From positions 582-64,581 of the forward strand of contig CAJXNY010000026.1 of the NCBI GenBank assembly GCA_913057435.1: a stretch of 64,000 nucleotides of DNA, read 5' to 3'. Source of the stretch: an uncultured Oceanospirillaceae bacterium. Lineage in GTDB: Bacteria; Pseudomonadota; Gammaproteobacteria; Pseudomonadales; Balneatricaceae. This document shows, piece by piece, positions 1 to 9,964 of this stretch. Position 1 is the stretch's first letter. Each line of letters starts with the position of its first letter. A model generated the notes under the pieces. It was not told the origin of the DNA and ran no database searches. It was given only the letters and a program-made list of their open reading frames with translations. A program made the translations under genes and the position numbers.

Positions 1-591
1 GTCCGAGTGCAGCACCAGCTCACTCTGATTCAGGCTTATACCGTGCTTCAGGCAGGCCTTCCGGATCAGCTCCGCGGCTTGTTCAGCTGATTCCGCTTCA
101 TGCACTTCCCAGCCAACGATCAGCCGGCTGTAAATGTCTACGATCATGTACAGATAGTAGTAATGGCCGCGTATTGGACTGTTCAACCAGCTGATATCCC
201 AGCTCCAGAGCTGATTGGGGGCCGTTGCTTTATGTGTCGCTGGCTTGCGCTTTACGGGCTTCTTCTGCCGACCACGCGAGTGTTGCTGTCCGGCTATTTT
301 CAACACACGGTAAAAACTGGAGACCGATCCGATATAGATACCTTCGTCCAACAGGATCGGAACAATCTGGCTGGGTGGCAGACTCTGGAAACGCTCGCTG
401 TTGCAGACCTCCAGAATACGCGCGCGTTCTGCACTGCTCAGCCGGTTTTCGGGCGCAGGCCTGTGTGCCATGGCACGCCTGTCTTCACCGTCTTTTCCCT
501 GCAAGCTCCAGCGCTGCAAGGAGCGCTCGGAGATATCTGCAAGCTTACAAGCCTTATGTTGTGATGCGCCGTCATTACAGGCGATTTCAAC
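1..591 (-). CDS. IS3-family transposase OrfB (HTH plus start of the DDE/rve integrase core); N-terminal about 197 codons, cut by the window edge; preceded by an in-frame TGA at 592-594
   Basis: My translation of the minus strand gives VEIACNDGASQHKACKLADISERSLQRW...ERARILEVCNSERFQSLPPSQIVPILLDEGIYIGSVSSFYRVLK...NQLWSWDISW...YYLYMIVDIYSRLIVGWEVH...LVLHSD. It is in the -1 frame relative to OrfA. It is absent from the ORF track because it runs off the window and lacks an uninterrupted ATG. Confidence 0.7.
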
Positions 592-626
592 TCATTCCAT
601 GAGTCTACGACGCTCAGGGGTGGGTA

Positions 627-1124
627 TTACTCGTCCTCGAGTTTGTCCCAGAGCGTCTCGACTTTTTTTGATAACACCAGCAAAGCAGCCGTTTCAGCCA
701 GTGCTCGATCTTTGCGCATCAACTCCTTTTCCAGTTGCTGGATGCGTTTGCGCTCCTGGCGCTGTGTGGCGCGCTGCTGCTGACGCTGTGCGGCAGGCTG
801 TTCGCTACCAGCAATAAAGTCAGCCTTCCAGCGGGTGACCTGCTCAGGATAGAGGCCTTTACTGCGGCAGTATTCAGACAGTTCAGCACTGTTGAGTGCT
901 GCCGTTTCCATCAGCACGGCAAAGCGGTTTTCTGCGGACCACTGTTCCGGATCTTTTCCATCGCCTGGCACGGGGGCCCCCTGTTCTCTGGCTTTTGTTC
1001 GCCAAGTGTACAGTGTTACGTTGCTGATACCTGTTTCGCGTTCAAGCTGCGCCACCGGTATGTTGTGTGGTGGCATCATTTTCTGGATGACCGAGGCTTT
1101 CAGTTCGGCTGGGTATTTCGCCAT
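627..1124 (-). CDS. IS3-family transposase OrfA (HTH DNA-binding plus leucine-zipper-like C-terminus)
   Basis: 165 aa: MAKYPAELKASVIQKMM...ISNVTLYTWRTKARE...RIQQLEKELMRKDRALAETAALLVLSKK. This is the typical IS3 OrfA architecture. Confidence 0.85.
   Translation of the reverse strand: MAKYPAELKASVIQKMMPPHNIPVAQLERETGISNVTLYTWRTKAREQGAPVPGDGKDPEQWSAENRFAVLMETAALNSAELSEYCRSKGLYPEQVTRWKADFIAGSEQPAAQRQQQRATQRQERKRIQQLEKELMRKDRALAETAALLVLSKKVETLWDKLEDE
663..669 (-). promoter_or_regulatory. Candidate -1 programmed frameshift slippery site (A AAA AAA) in IS3 orfA
   Basis: The minus strand reads tcA AAA AAA Gtc in the OrfA frame (S K K V). The -1 frame is open downstream of it. Confidence 0.5.
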
Positions 1125-1773
1125 GTTTCACTCTCCTTGATAAATCAGGAGAGGCGACAACTATGCTGACACAGGGGGTTATCACCATGTAGCAGCGCGC
1201 TCCGCGCGCGTCTGGTCTGTCGTGTGGGTATCTCAATATGTAGTGGTCTATGCCTCACGGTGTAGATACTGGTGATTAGGCAGGGTGATGAGCGGGAGGT
1301 AACACCGGCCATCTATCCGGTGTTACCTGAGTGTTACCCTTTACCCCACTCGGGCAGAATTCTTCCCGAGGGCTGGTAACAGACAGGGTGTTAATCGAGC
1401 TTGTTTGTGTTTATTGTCTTCTAAAACAATTGGTTATGAGTTTTGGCATAGCCTGTGCTGTATATAAAGCACAACAATGAAGAATACGTCACCCCTGACA
1501 CCATTAATAAAAATAACAACAGGTAACGGGGGATCGACGAAGTGCCTCGAACAATAACAATAACGAGGTTTGGACGCTGATCGTTAACAGACTGTTGGTC
1601 ATCCGGCAGGAACAATAACAATAAAGCCAGTCTGCGTGACAGCCAGCCTGCTAACGATCAGCGTTATCTCCCTTCTCTGCTTTCATAAATTCCTCTTATC
1701 TTCTGATACCTGATCAACTATCTGATGGATGTCGTGTTTCTATAGCTGGAATCAGCCATCCCTGGCTGATTGT

Positions 1774-3744
1774 TCAGTGGAGCTGGCTTACCAGTGCTGT
1801 GAGCTGGGTGCTGACCTGTGCCAGTTGAGATGCGTGGTGCTTGCTGTGCTCTGCTGCGTCAATAGCATGGTTTGCCGTATGGCTGCTATGCTCCATCGCG
1901 CTGGTGATCTCCAGTGTTGCGGATGACTGCTGTTTCGTAGCAGCCGCAATCAGCGAATTCATATCGTTGATCTGATAAATAGCCTGACGAATCTGATCAA
2001 TAGCCTGTTCGGCTTCGTTGGCCAGTCCGACGACGGAGGAAGCCTGTTTTTCCTGTTTGCTCATTCGGCTTACGGCGGTAGACGTTGTGTGTGACAGGCG
2101 CTCGATAATGGTCTGAATATCGTCAGCAGATTTGGCGGTATTGGTTGCCAGATTACGGACTTCATCGGCGACTACTGCAAAGCCTCTACCAGACTCACCA
2201 GCGCGGGCGGCCTCGATGGCTGCATTCAGTGCCAGCAGGTTGGTCTGTTCGGCAAAGCCTCGGATTACTTCCAGTACATCATTAATGGCCTTGGTGTCAC
2301 GCTCCAGGTCAGACAGGGCGCTGGAGGTCATTTCTACTTCGCTGGCCAGTTGCTGGATATTACGGCCGGTGGTGTTGACCTGAGTGAAACCTGACTCTAT
2401 CAAGGCGTGGGCGCTACGGGTCGCTTCATTGGTTTTGGCTGCATTTTCGGCGACCTCTTCAAATGATATCTTCAGCTGGCTCATCTGGGCGGCAGCATTG
2501 CTGGAGCTATCACGTTGGGTAGCGACAATGCCTGTCAGTTTTTCGGCGCTACTTTGTGCTTCATTTTGTAAGGTGTGTAACTGTTTTACTTCGTTCTTTA
2601 TTTCATCCAGTAACATGGATAAGAAGCCGCGCAGACTAGCGATGCTGCTTTCTAAAGAGAGGACTTCTTTCATCCGGTTTTTTAAGGGTTCCTGATGATT
2701 AAGGTCGCCCTGGGCCAGTCTGTCCAGGTTGCGCACGGTGCGGATGATCACACGGGATAGCTTGTACATCACCATGCCAATGTAGATGCAGATCATCACA
2801 ATCAGGGCAATACTGATACCCAATGTTATATAGACAGAAAGTTTGATCTCGTCCTGGTAAGCGGCAATGGTGTGTTCAAGTTCAGCAAAGCTGCTGGTTA
2901 GTTTGTTCAATTGGCCCATTGCGGTGTCGTTACTGTGCTGCTTCAGGGAGGCATAGCGTTGTGCATTATCCAGCTCTTTGCTGTACCGACTGGCCAGGCT
3001 GCGCAGCTGGGAGATCAGCTCATCCCCTTTATCTTCAGCGCTGGGCTGTTCACTGTTATTTACCTCCAGCCCTAGCATCCTGGCCAGGTCATCAACCTCT
3101 GCTGCTTGCAGAACGCCAAGGCGAGGGAGTTGGTCAATGGCTGTGGTTTTGTTGCTGACCCGATCAATCAGTCGATTCAGACTGTGGCGTATTTCTGGCC
3201 TAGGTCTGGCGAAATAACGTTCACGCAGCAATGTGCGTTGACTGGTAAGGCCCTGCAGCTCAATCAGTGCCGAGAGGTATTGAAGCCTGAGTCCTGCTGC
3301 TGAGTCGGCTGCTTCATTGACGTAGTCAAGGACAGTGGCGATGGTCTGAGTGCTTTCGCGTTCATTCTGAATCAGCAAAGCCTGTGGGTTGGCCAGCTTG
3401 CCTGCTTCGCGCAAAGTGCTGCCCAGTGATTCGTTCAGTGTGCTGAGATGCAGGCTGAGTGTTTTCTGGATGTTTTCAGGCAGCCCGGCGGTTTTTTCGT
3501 CAGAACCCAATTGCACAATATTGTGCTCGATTTCTGTCAACAGGCTGGCATTGCCTGACAGAAGGTAATTGTTAATCGGTGTCTGGATCTTCTGGCCGAT
3601 CTGTTGAGTGTATTTGTGGTAGGCGTCATTCTGGCTGAAAGCCTTATCCAGGCTGGAGATTGACCAGCCAATAGAGCCGACCAGCACTGCCGTCACCACG
3701 AACAGTGCTGTCAGCGCCAGGCGCAGTAGTTGAGAGATACTCAT
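1774..3744 (-). CDS. Methyl-accepting chemotaxis protein
   Basis: 656 aa with an N-terminal TM, a large periplasmic domain, a second TM, a HAMP region and the conserved signalling hairpin [35 protein letters not shown]. Confidence 0.9.
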   Translation of the reverse strand: MSISQLLRLALTALFVVTAVLVGSIGWSISSLDKAFSQNDAYHKYTQQIGQKIQTPINNYLLSGNASLLTEIEHNIVQLGSDEKTAGLPENIQKTLSLHLSTLNESLGSTLREAGKLANPQALLIQNERESTQTIATVLDYVNEAADSAAGLRLQYLSALIELQGLTSQRTLLRERYFARPRPEIRHSLNRLIDRVSNKTTAIDQLPRLGVLQAAEVDDLARMLGLEVNNSEQPSAEDKGDELISQLRSLASRYSKELDNAQRYASLKQHSNDTAMGQLNKLTSSFAELEHTIAAYQDEIKLSVYITLGISIALIVMICIYIGMVMYKLSRVIIRTVRNLDRLAQGDLNHQEPLKNRMKEVLSLESSIASLRGFLSMLLDEIKNEVKQLHTLQNEAQSSAEKLTGIVATQRDSSSNAAAQMSQLKISFEEVAENAAKTNEATRSAHALIESGFTQVNTTGRNIQQLASEVEMTSSALSDLERDTKAINDVLEVIRGFAEQTNLLALNAAIEAARAGESGRGFAVVADEVRNLATNTAKSADDIQTIIERLSHTTSTAVSRMSKQEKQASSVVGLANEAEQAIDQIRQAIYQINDMNSLIAAATKQQSSATLEITSAMEHSSHTANHAIDAAEHSKHHASQLAQVSTQLTALVSQLH

Positions 3745-3898
3745 AATTTCCCCGGAGATTTAAAATGTTCGTCTCTATACGGACGATTATTGTGAAAAAC
3801 GTGTCTATCTAATGTCCTGTTGATGACATTAGCGTTACAGCCGAAACAGGGATGACCGGGGTCAGATTTCATAGACAAATAAGCAGGGAGTCATTACA

Positions 3899-3986
3899 AT
3901 GTCGCCGGTTTGCCTGAAGCAAACAACAGCACAAAAGTAGTGAATTTTTAAAGCGAGGCTATTCTTCGGATCAGCCTCGCTTTTTT
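3899..3986 (+). promoter_or_regulatory. Candidate carAB leader: 13-codon leader ORF (3899-3940), T5 run, and intrinsic terminator hairpin (3953-3980 plus T6)
   Basis: AGGGAG sits 8 nt before ATG TCG CCG GTT TGC CTG AAG CAA ACA ACA GCA CAA AAG TAG. The stem GCGAGGCT/AGCCTCGC is followed by TTTTTT, about 50 nt upstream of the carA start. Confidence 0.4.
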
Positions 3987-4038
3987 ACACGTATCGTTTC
4001 TATCTGCTTAAGTTTCGCGCAACGCGGGGGAGGTTCAA

Positions 4039-5175
4039 TTGACAAGACCAGCCATTCTGGCACTTGAAGATGGTAGCATTTTCAAGGGCATAGCCATTGG
4101 CGCTGACGGTCTGTCCAGCGGTGAGGTTGTTTTTAACACCTCAATGACCGGTTATCAGGAAATCCTGACAGACCCATCATACTGCCGTCAGATCGTTACA
4201 CTGACTTATCCACATATCGGCAACGTAGGTACTAACGCCGAGGATGAGGAATCTTCCCGGACCTGGGTAGCCGGTCTTGTGATCCGTGATCTTCCACTTC
4301 TGGCCAGCAACTTCCGTTCTGAGCAGTCACTGGACAGCTATCTCAAGGCGAATAACATCGTTGGTATCGCTGATATCGACACCCGTCGTCTGACGCGTAT
4401 CCTGCGTGAAAAGGGTTCATTGAGCGGCTGCATTATGGCAGGCGATGTCGATGAAACTCAGGCACTGCAAGCGGCAGATGCGTTTCCAGGCCTGAAAGGT
4501 ATGGATCTGGCCAAAGAAGTGACCGTGACTGAAAGCTACCTGTGGAATTCATCCACCTGGCAGCGGGGCATCGGTCATGAAGAGAAAGATTCTGCCGATC
4601 AGCCTTACCACGTCGTTGCCTATGACTACGGTGTGAAGCGCAACATTCTGCGGATGCTGGTTGAGCGTGGCTGTCGGCTGACGGTTGTGCCTGCGCAGAC
4701 GCCGGCAGCGGATGTGCTGGCGCTGAATCCAGATGGTGTTTTCCTGTCCAATGGACCGGGCGATCCGGAGCCTTGTGATTACGCGATTACGGCGATCAAG
4801 GAAATCCTGAAAACGGATATTCCGGTATTTGGCATCTGTCTGGGTCACCAGCTGCTGGCCCTGGCCTGCGGTGCTAAAACGCTGAAAATGAAGTTCGGCC
4901 ACCACGGTGCTAACCACCCGGTACAGGATCTGGATGGCAAACAGGTGATGATCACCAGTCAGAACCACGGTTTTGCTGTGGATGAAGACAGCCTGCCGGA
5001 CAACATTCGCGCGACGCACAAGTCTCTGTTTGACGATTCCCTGCAGGGCATCGAGCGCACAGACCGCCCGGCATTCAGTTTCCAGGGACACCCGGAAGCA
5101 AGCCCGGGCCCACGTGATGTAGCGCCACTGTTTGATAAATTTATCGAACAGATGAAAGGCCATAAAAACGCGTAA
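4039..5175 (+). CDS. carA: Carbamoyl-phosphate synthase small (glutaminase) subunit
   Basis: 378 aa: [17 protein letters not shown]..., with the GATase motif [12 protein letters not shown] start 5 nt after GGAGG. Confidence 0.95.
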   Translation: MTRPAILALEDGSIFKGIAIGADGLSSGEVVFNTSMTGYQEILTDPSYCRQIVTLTYPHIGNVGTNAEDEESSRTWVAGLVIRDLPLLASNFRSEQSLDSYLKANNIVGIADIDTRRLTRILREKGSLSGCIMAGDVDETQALQAADAFPGLKGMDLAKEVTVTESYLWNSSTWQRGIGHEEKDSADQPYHVVAYDYGVKRNILRMLVERGCRLTVVPAQTPAADVLALNPDGVFLSNGPGDPEPCDYAITAIKEILKTDIPVFGICLGHQLLALACGAKTLKMKFGHHGANHPVQDLDGKQVMITSQNHGFAVDEDSLPDNIRATHKSLFDDSLQGIERTDRPAFSFQGHPEASPGPRDVAPLFDKFIEQMKGHKNA

Positions 5176-5236
5176 GTTGTGCCTCGGCACCATAAGACGA
5201 AACGATACTGTTAACTGATACGACCGGTAGACACTG

Positions 5237-8200
5237 ATGCCAAAACGTTCAGACTTGAAAAGCATTCTGATTCTGGGTGCTGGCCCGATTATCATCGGCC
5301 AGGCGTGTGAATTTGACTACTCGGGTGCGCAGGCGTGTAAAGCGCTGCGTGAAGAGGGTTACCGTGTAATCCTGGTAAACTCTAACCCGGCAACTATCAT
5401 GACCGATCCGGCCATGGCAGATGCAACCTATATTGAACCGATCAACTGGAAAACAGTTGCTAAAATCATCGAAAAAGAGCGTCCAGATGCACTGCTGCCG
5501 ACCATGGGTGGCCAGACTGCACTGAACTGTGCGCTGGATCTGGAGCGCGAAGGCGTACTGGAGAACTTCGGTGTAGAGATGATCGGTGCCAATGCTGACA
5601 CCATCGATAAAGCTGAAGATCGCAGTCGCTTTGATAAGGCGATGAAAGCCATCGGTCTGGAATGTCCGCGCGCAGCCATTGCCCACAGCATGGAAGAAGC
5701 GCTGCAGGTTCAGTCTCAGCTGGGCTTCCCATGCATCATTCGTCCATCTTTCACGATGGGTGGCTCTGGTGGTGGTATTGCCTACAACAAAGACGAGTTC
5801 ATGGAGATCTGTGAGCGAGGTCTGGACCTGTCTCCGACCAGCGAACTGCTGATTGATGAGTCTCTGATTGGCTGGAAAGAGTATGAGATGGAAGTTGTTC
5901 GTGACAAAAACGACAACTGCATCATCATCTGTGCCATTGAAAACTTCGATGCCATGGGTGTTCATACCGGTGACTCCATCACTGTTGCGCCAGCTCAGAC
6001 GCTGACCGATAAAGAATACCAGATCATGCGTGACGCCTCTCTGGCCGTACTGCGCGAGATCGGTGTTGAGACCGGTGGTTCCAACGTACAGTTCGGCCAG
6101 TGCCCTGAAACGGGCCGCATGGTTGTGATCGAGATGAACCCGCGTGTCTCTCGCTCTTCCGCACTGGCATCCAAAGCGACCGGTTTCCCGATCGCCAAGG
6201 TTGCGGCCAAGCTGGCAGTGGGTTATACCCTGGATGAGCTGCAGAACGAGATCACCGGTGGTGCAACCCCGGCCTCTTTCGAGCCTGCGATCGATTACGT
6301 GGTCACTAAAATCCCACGTTTCACCTTCGAGAAATTTCCGCAGGCTAACGATCGCCTGACCACGCAGATGAAATCTGTGGGTGAAGTGATGGCGATTGGC
6401 CGTACGCAGCAGGAATCCCTGCACAAAGCGCTGCGCGGTCTGGAAGTTGGTGCAACGGGTTTTGATCCGATCATCGATATCAATTCCGAAGATGCCCGTT
6501 CTACCATTATTGCTGAGATGAAACAGCCGGGTGCCGACCGTATCTGGTATCTGGGTGATGCCTTCCGTATGGGTATGAGTGTTGACGAGCTGTACGGGCT
6601 CTCTGGCATTGATCACTGGTTCCTGGTCCAGATTGAAGACATCATCAAGGATGAGCTGCGCGTTTCCGAGATGGCGCTGTCTGATCTGGATGCTGATGCG
6701 ATCTATCGCCTTAAGCGTAAAGGCTTCTCCGATGCACGGCTGGCCAAGCTGCTGGGTGTGAGCGAGAAGAAATTCCGCAAGCAGCGTCAGAGCCTGAATA
6801 TCCGTCCGGTATTCAAACGCGTTGACACCTGTGCTGCTGAGTTTTCAACTGATACTGCTTACATGTATTCCACCTACGAGGAAGAATGTGAAGCGAAGCC
6901 GTCCAGCCGTGACAAAATCATGGTAATTGGCGGTGGCCCAAACCGTATTGGTCAGGGCATCGAGTTTGATTACTGCTGTGTACACGCAGCACTGGCGGCA
7001 CGTGAAGATGGTTACGAAACCATCATGGTTAACTGTAACCCGGAAACAGTTTCGACCGACTACGATACGTCTGACCGCCTGTACTTCGAGCCAATCACCC
7101 TGGAAGACGTGCTGGAAATCGTTCATGTCGAGCAGCCTAAAGGCGTGATCGTACAGTACGGTGGCCAGACGCCACTGAAACTGGCGGCTGAGCTGGAAGC
7201 GGCAGGCGTACCGATCATCGGTACCCCGCCGGAAGCCATTGACCGCGCAGAAGACCGTGAGCAGTTCCAGCAGATGCTGAAACGTCTGGGCCTGAAGCAG
7301 CCAGAAAACGCTACCGTGCGTTCACTGGAAGAAGCGATCATTGCGGCTGAGAAAATCGGTTATCCGTTAGTGGTTCGTCCATCCTATGTACTGGGTGGCC
7401 GGGCGATGGAGATCGTTTATAAAGAAGACGAACTGCGTCGTTACATGAAGGAAGCCGTGCAGGTTTCCAACGAAGCGCCAGTCTTGCTGGATCACTTCCT
7501 GAATGCGGCTGTCGAGATCGATATCGATGCGGTATCCGATGGTGAAACTGTGGTGATCGGTGCGATCATGCAGCACATCGAGCAGGCGGGTGTTCACTCA
7601 GGTGACTCCGCATGTTCCTTCCCACCGTACAATCTGCCTGCTGATGTGCAGGATCTGATGCGCGAGCAGGTGAAGAAGATGGCGCTGGAACTGGGTGTTA
7701 TCGGTCTGATGAACACCCAGCTGGCGTACCAGGACGGTGAGATCTATGTGATCGAAGTGAACCCGCGTGCGTCTCGTACGGTGCCGTTCGTGTCCAAGTG
7801 TATCGGTGTATCCCTGGCCAAAATTGGTGCTCAGGTGATGACCGGTAAAACACTGGCTGAGCTGGGCTTTACCGAAGAGATCGTACCGACACTGTTCAAT
7901 GTGAAAGAAGCGGTATTCCCGTTCAACAAATTCCCATCTGTCGACCCTATTCTGTCACCAGAAATGAAGTCTACCGGTGAGGTAATGGGTACGGGTGTGA
8001 CTTTCGGTGAAGCGTTCATGAAAGCGCAGATCGGTGCAGGCGAGAAAATGCCTGAGCCGGGCAAGGCGTTTATCTCAGTACGTAACGTTGATAAATCCGG
8101 TGTCGTGAAAGTTGCGCAGGACCTGGTTGAACTGGGCTTTAGCCTGGTGGCAACCAGTGGTACAGCGCAGTTGCTGTCTGACAATGGTCTGGCTGTTGAG

Positions 8201-8458
8201 CTTGTTAACAAGGTGACCGAAGGTCGTCCAAACATTGTTGATATGCTGAAAAACGATGAGATCGCCTATGTGATCAATACCACGGAAGGCCGTCGTGCGA
8301 TTGCTGATTCTTCCGAGATTCGTCGTAGCGCGCTACAGCATAAAGTACCGTACACCACGACGCTGGCCGGTGCCGAAGCGATCACCATGGCGCTGCAGTA
8401 TGGCGAAGAGCGTGAAGTACGTTGCCTGCAGGATATGCACACAGGGAATAATGCATGA
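5237..8458 (+). CDS. carB: Carbamoyl-phosphate synthase large subunit
   Basis: 1073 aa with duplicated ATP-grasp halves: [30 protein letters not shown]... and ...[21 protein letters not shown]... Confidence 0.97.
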   Translation: MPKRSDLKSILILGAGPIIIGQACEFDYSGAQACKALREEGYRVILVNSNPATIMTDPAMADATYIEPINWKTVAKIIEKERPDALLPTMGGQTALNCALDLEREGVLENFGVEMIGANADTIDKAEDRSRFDKAMKAIGLECPRAAIAHSMEEALQVQSQLGFPCIIRPSFTMGGSGGGIAYNKDEFMEICERGLDLSPTSELLIDESLIGWKEYEMEVVRDKNDNCIIICAIENFDAMGVHTGDSITVAPAQTLTDKEYQIMRDASLAVLREIGVETGGSNVQFGQCPETGRMVVIEMNPRVSRSSALASKATGFPIAKVAAKLAVGYTLDELQNEITGGATPASFEPAIDYVVTKIPRFTFEKFPQANDRLTTQMKSVGEVMAIGRTQQESLHKALRGLEVGATGFDPIIDINSEDARSTIIAEMKQPGADRIWYLGDAFRMGMSVDELYGLSGIDHWFLVQIEDIIKDELRVSEMALSDLDADAIYRLKRKGFSDARLAKLLGVSEKKFRKQRQSLNIRPVFKRVDTCAAEFSTDTAYMYSTYEEECEAKPSSRDKIMVIGGGPNRIGQGIEFDYCCVHAALAAREDGYETIMVNCNPETVSTDYDTSDRLYFEPITLEDVLEIVHVEQPKGVIVQYGGQTPLKLAAELEAAGVPIIGTPPEAIDRAEDREQFQQMLKRLGLKQPENATVRSLEEAIIAAEKIGYPLVVRPSYVLGGRAMEIVYKEDELRRYMKEAVQVSNEAPVLLDHFLNAAVEIDIDAVSDGETVVIGAIMQHIEQAGVHSGDSACSFPPYNLPADVQDLMREQVKKMALELGVIGLMNTQLAYQDGEIYVIEVNPRASRTVPFVSKCIGVSLAKIGAQVMTGKTLAELGFTEEIVPTLFNVKEAVFPFNKFPSVDPILSPEMKSTGEVMGTGVTFGEAFMKAQIGAGEKMPEPGKAFISVRNVDKSGVVKVAQDLVELGFSLVATSGTAQLLSDNGLAVELVNKVTEGRPNIVDMLKNDEIAYVINTTEGRRAIADSSEIRRSALQHKVPYTTTLAGAEAITMALQYGEEREVRCLQDMHTGNNA

Positions 8459-8931
8459 GTCGCGTACCCATGACAGTGCCGGGTGAGCAGGCCTTGCGCA
8501 CGGAGCTTGATCAGTTGAAGTCAGTTGATCGTCCACGAGTCATCGCTGATATCGCGACGGCACGTGAACACGGTGACCTGAAAGAAAATGCTGAATATCA
8601 CGCTGCGCGTGAGCAGCAGGGCTTCATTGAAGGCCGTATTCAGGAACTGGAGGGGAAGCTGGGTAACTGCCAGGTGATAGATATTCTCTCGATCCCGCAC
8701 TCTGGCAAGGTTATCTTCGGTACCACTGTGACCATTTTGAATGTGGAAACAGAGGAAGAGATGACTTACCAGATCGTGGGTGATGATGAGGCTGATCTTA
8801 AGGAGAAAAAGATCTCTATCAACTCACCTATTGCCCGTGGCCTGATTGGTAAAGAGGAAGGCGACATTGTTGCTATTACCACGCCAGGTGGTATGGCTGA
8901 GTTTGAAATTGACCAGGTGCAACATATCTGA
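8455..8931 (+). CDS. greA: Transcription elongation factor GreA
   Basis: 158 aa: ...[30 protein letters not shown]... The 4-nt ATGA overlap with the carB stop indicates coupling. Confidence 0.95.
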   Translation: MSRVPMTVPGEQALRTELDQLKSVDRPRVIADIATAREHGDLKENAEYHAAREQQGFIEGRIQELEGKLGNCQVIDILSIPHSGKVIFGTTVTILNVETEEEMTYQIVGDDEADLKEKKISINSPIARGLIGKEEGDIVAITTPGGMAEFEIDQVQHI

Positions 8932-8950
8932 TCAGTTTTGATGCTCAATT

Positions 8951-8980
8951 AAAAAAACCGCGCCTGGCGCGGTTTTTTTT
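8951..8980. terminator. Bidirectional intrinsic terminator between greA and the convergent ATP-grasp operon
   Basis: AAAAAAACCGCGCCTGGCGCGGTTTTTTTT: a GC stem flanked by an A-run and a T-run. Confidence 0.8.
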
Positions 8981-9007
8981 GGTCTGCAGTTTGTGGAGGC
9001 GAATAAT

Positions 9008-9964
9008 TCAGCTCGCTGGTGTGCTGAACTCGCGCACGGCATAGGCCACCCGTTCTTTAACACTGGCGCGGCGGCGGCCTTCTTTTTCCAGCTGCTTCAG
9101 GCGCGGATTGAGGCCGCAGTCATTGGCGATTTGAATGGCCAGTCCGGGCCGAGCATTCATTTCCAGAATCAGTGGGCCCTTGTTTTTGTCCAGCACGATA
9201 TCGCAGCCCATATAGCCCAGCTCGGTGACTTCATAACAGGCGGCGGCCAGGTGCAGGATTTCCTCCCAGTGGGGTACCGTCAGCTGATCAAATGTGATGT
9301 CGGTGTCGGGATGGTGGCGGATGGGGCGGTCAAACTGCACCGCATTAAGGCCACGGCCGGTGGCCAGGTCCAGTCCAACGCCGACAGCGCCCTGATGCAG
9401 GTTGGCTTTGCCATCTGAGGTGTGGGTCGCCAGCCGTAACATGGCCATTACCGGGTAGCCAAGGAAGGTGATAACCCGGACATCGGGCACTCCTTCATAG
9501 CTGTAGTCGGCAAATACCGGATCAAATTCAACCCGGGCTTCAATCATTGCGACGTCAGGCTTGCCGCCCAGAGAATAGAGCCCGCCAAGGATGTTGGAGA
9601 CATCGCGTTGAATATCCAGCAGGGTCAGGCGCTCACCACTGGGTTTAAGAAAATATTCACCATCACGCTCGACAATCACCAGAATACCTTTGCCGCCACT
9701 GCCCTGGGCGGGCTTGATGACGAAGTCATTCAGGCTGTTGAGCAGGCTGCCGGCTTTGCTGGCTTCGTGCTGGGTGCGAATCACGCCGATCAGTTCTGGT
9801 ACGGCAATGTGTGCATCTTCAGCCAGTCGTTTTGTTTTCAGCTTGTTATCAACCAGTGGATAATTGCGCCGGTCATTGTAGCGGCCGATGAACCAGCTGT
9901 TACGCTCGTTCATTCCCATGATGCCTTGCTCACGCAGCTGGCTGGGCCAGCACCAGTTAATCAT
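9008..9964 (-). CDS. RimK-like ATP-grasp amidoligase (family usually annotated alpha-L-glutamate ligase-like protein)
   Basis: 318 aa with ATP-grasp motifs FVIKPAQGSGGKGILV and GCDIVLDKNKGPLILEMNARPG. Confidence 0.8.
   Translation of the reverse strand: MINWCWPSQLREQGIMGMNERNSWFIGRYNDRRNYPLVDNKLKTKRLAEDAHIAVPELIGVIRTQHEASKAGSLLNSLNDFVIKPAQGSGGKGILVIVERDGEYFLKPSGERLTLLDIQRDVSNILGGLYSLGGKPDVAMIEARVEFDPVFADYSYEGVPDVRVITFLGYPVMAMLRLATHTSDGKANLHQGAVGVGLDLATGRGLNAVQFDRPIRHHPDTDITFDQLTVPHWEEILHLAAACYEVTELGYMGCDIVLDKNKGPLILEMNARPGLAIQIANDCGLNPRLKQLEKEGRRRASVKERVAYAVREFSTPAS

Larger units (their letters stand above)
1..1235 (-). mobile_element. IS3-family insertion sequence, partial (continues beyond the window start)
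   Basis: Minus-strand OrfA plus OrfB in the -1 frame, with an A7 slippery run between them. The minus-strand sequence starting at 1235 reads TGAGATACCCACACGAC, a TG... terminus typical of IS3 ends. The other end lies outside the window, so the inverted repeat cannot be confirmed. Confidence 0.75.

Noticed and set aside
100-1169. Plus-strand ORFs 100-564, 225-602, 401-817, 735-1169 and 892-1140.
   Set aside because: They overlap the minus-strand IS3 OrfA/OrfB, which have clear transposase motifs. The plus-strand translations are Cys/Arg/Ala-rich with no family resemblance.
1421-1621. 66-aa minus-strand ORF in the IS-MCP spacer.
   Set aside because: It has no ribosome-binding site and is hydrophobic and low-complexity. 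It is built largely from the AACAATAACAATAA repeats, so it is more likely non-coding repeat DNA.
3941-3958. ARG-box-like sequence AGTGAATTTTTAAAGCGA upstream of carA.
   Set aside because: Only the left half resembles TNTGAATWWWWATTCANW and the right half does not. The T-run is better explained as part of the attenuator candidate.
5249-6616. Long antisense ORFs opposite well-supported genes. Examples: 5249-6616 (carB), 21285-22967 and 22980-24047 (infB), 26295-27974 (pnp), 37975-38853 (thiC), 43115-44080 and 44099-44929 (ileS), 56628-58484 (bkdA1/A2), 60495-61190 (lpdV), 62568-63362 (ccoN/O).
   Set aside because: Each lies entirely opposite a gene with unmistakable conserved motifs. Their translations are low-complexity and biased (rich in R, H, V, T, F, D, N) and have no recognisable motifs. 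This pattern is the usual shadow-ORF effect when sense codons whose reverse complements are stops (TTA/CTA/TCA) are rare.
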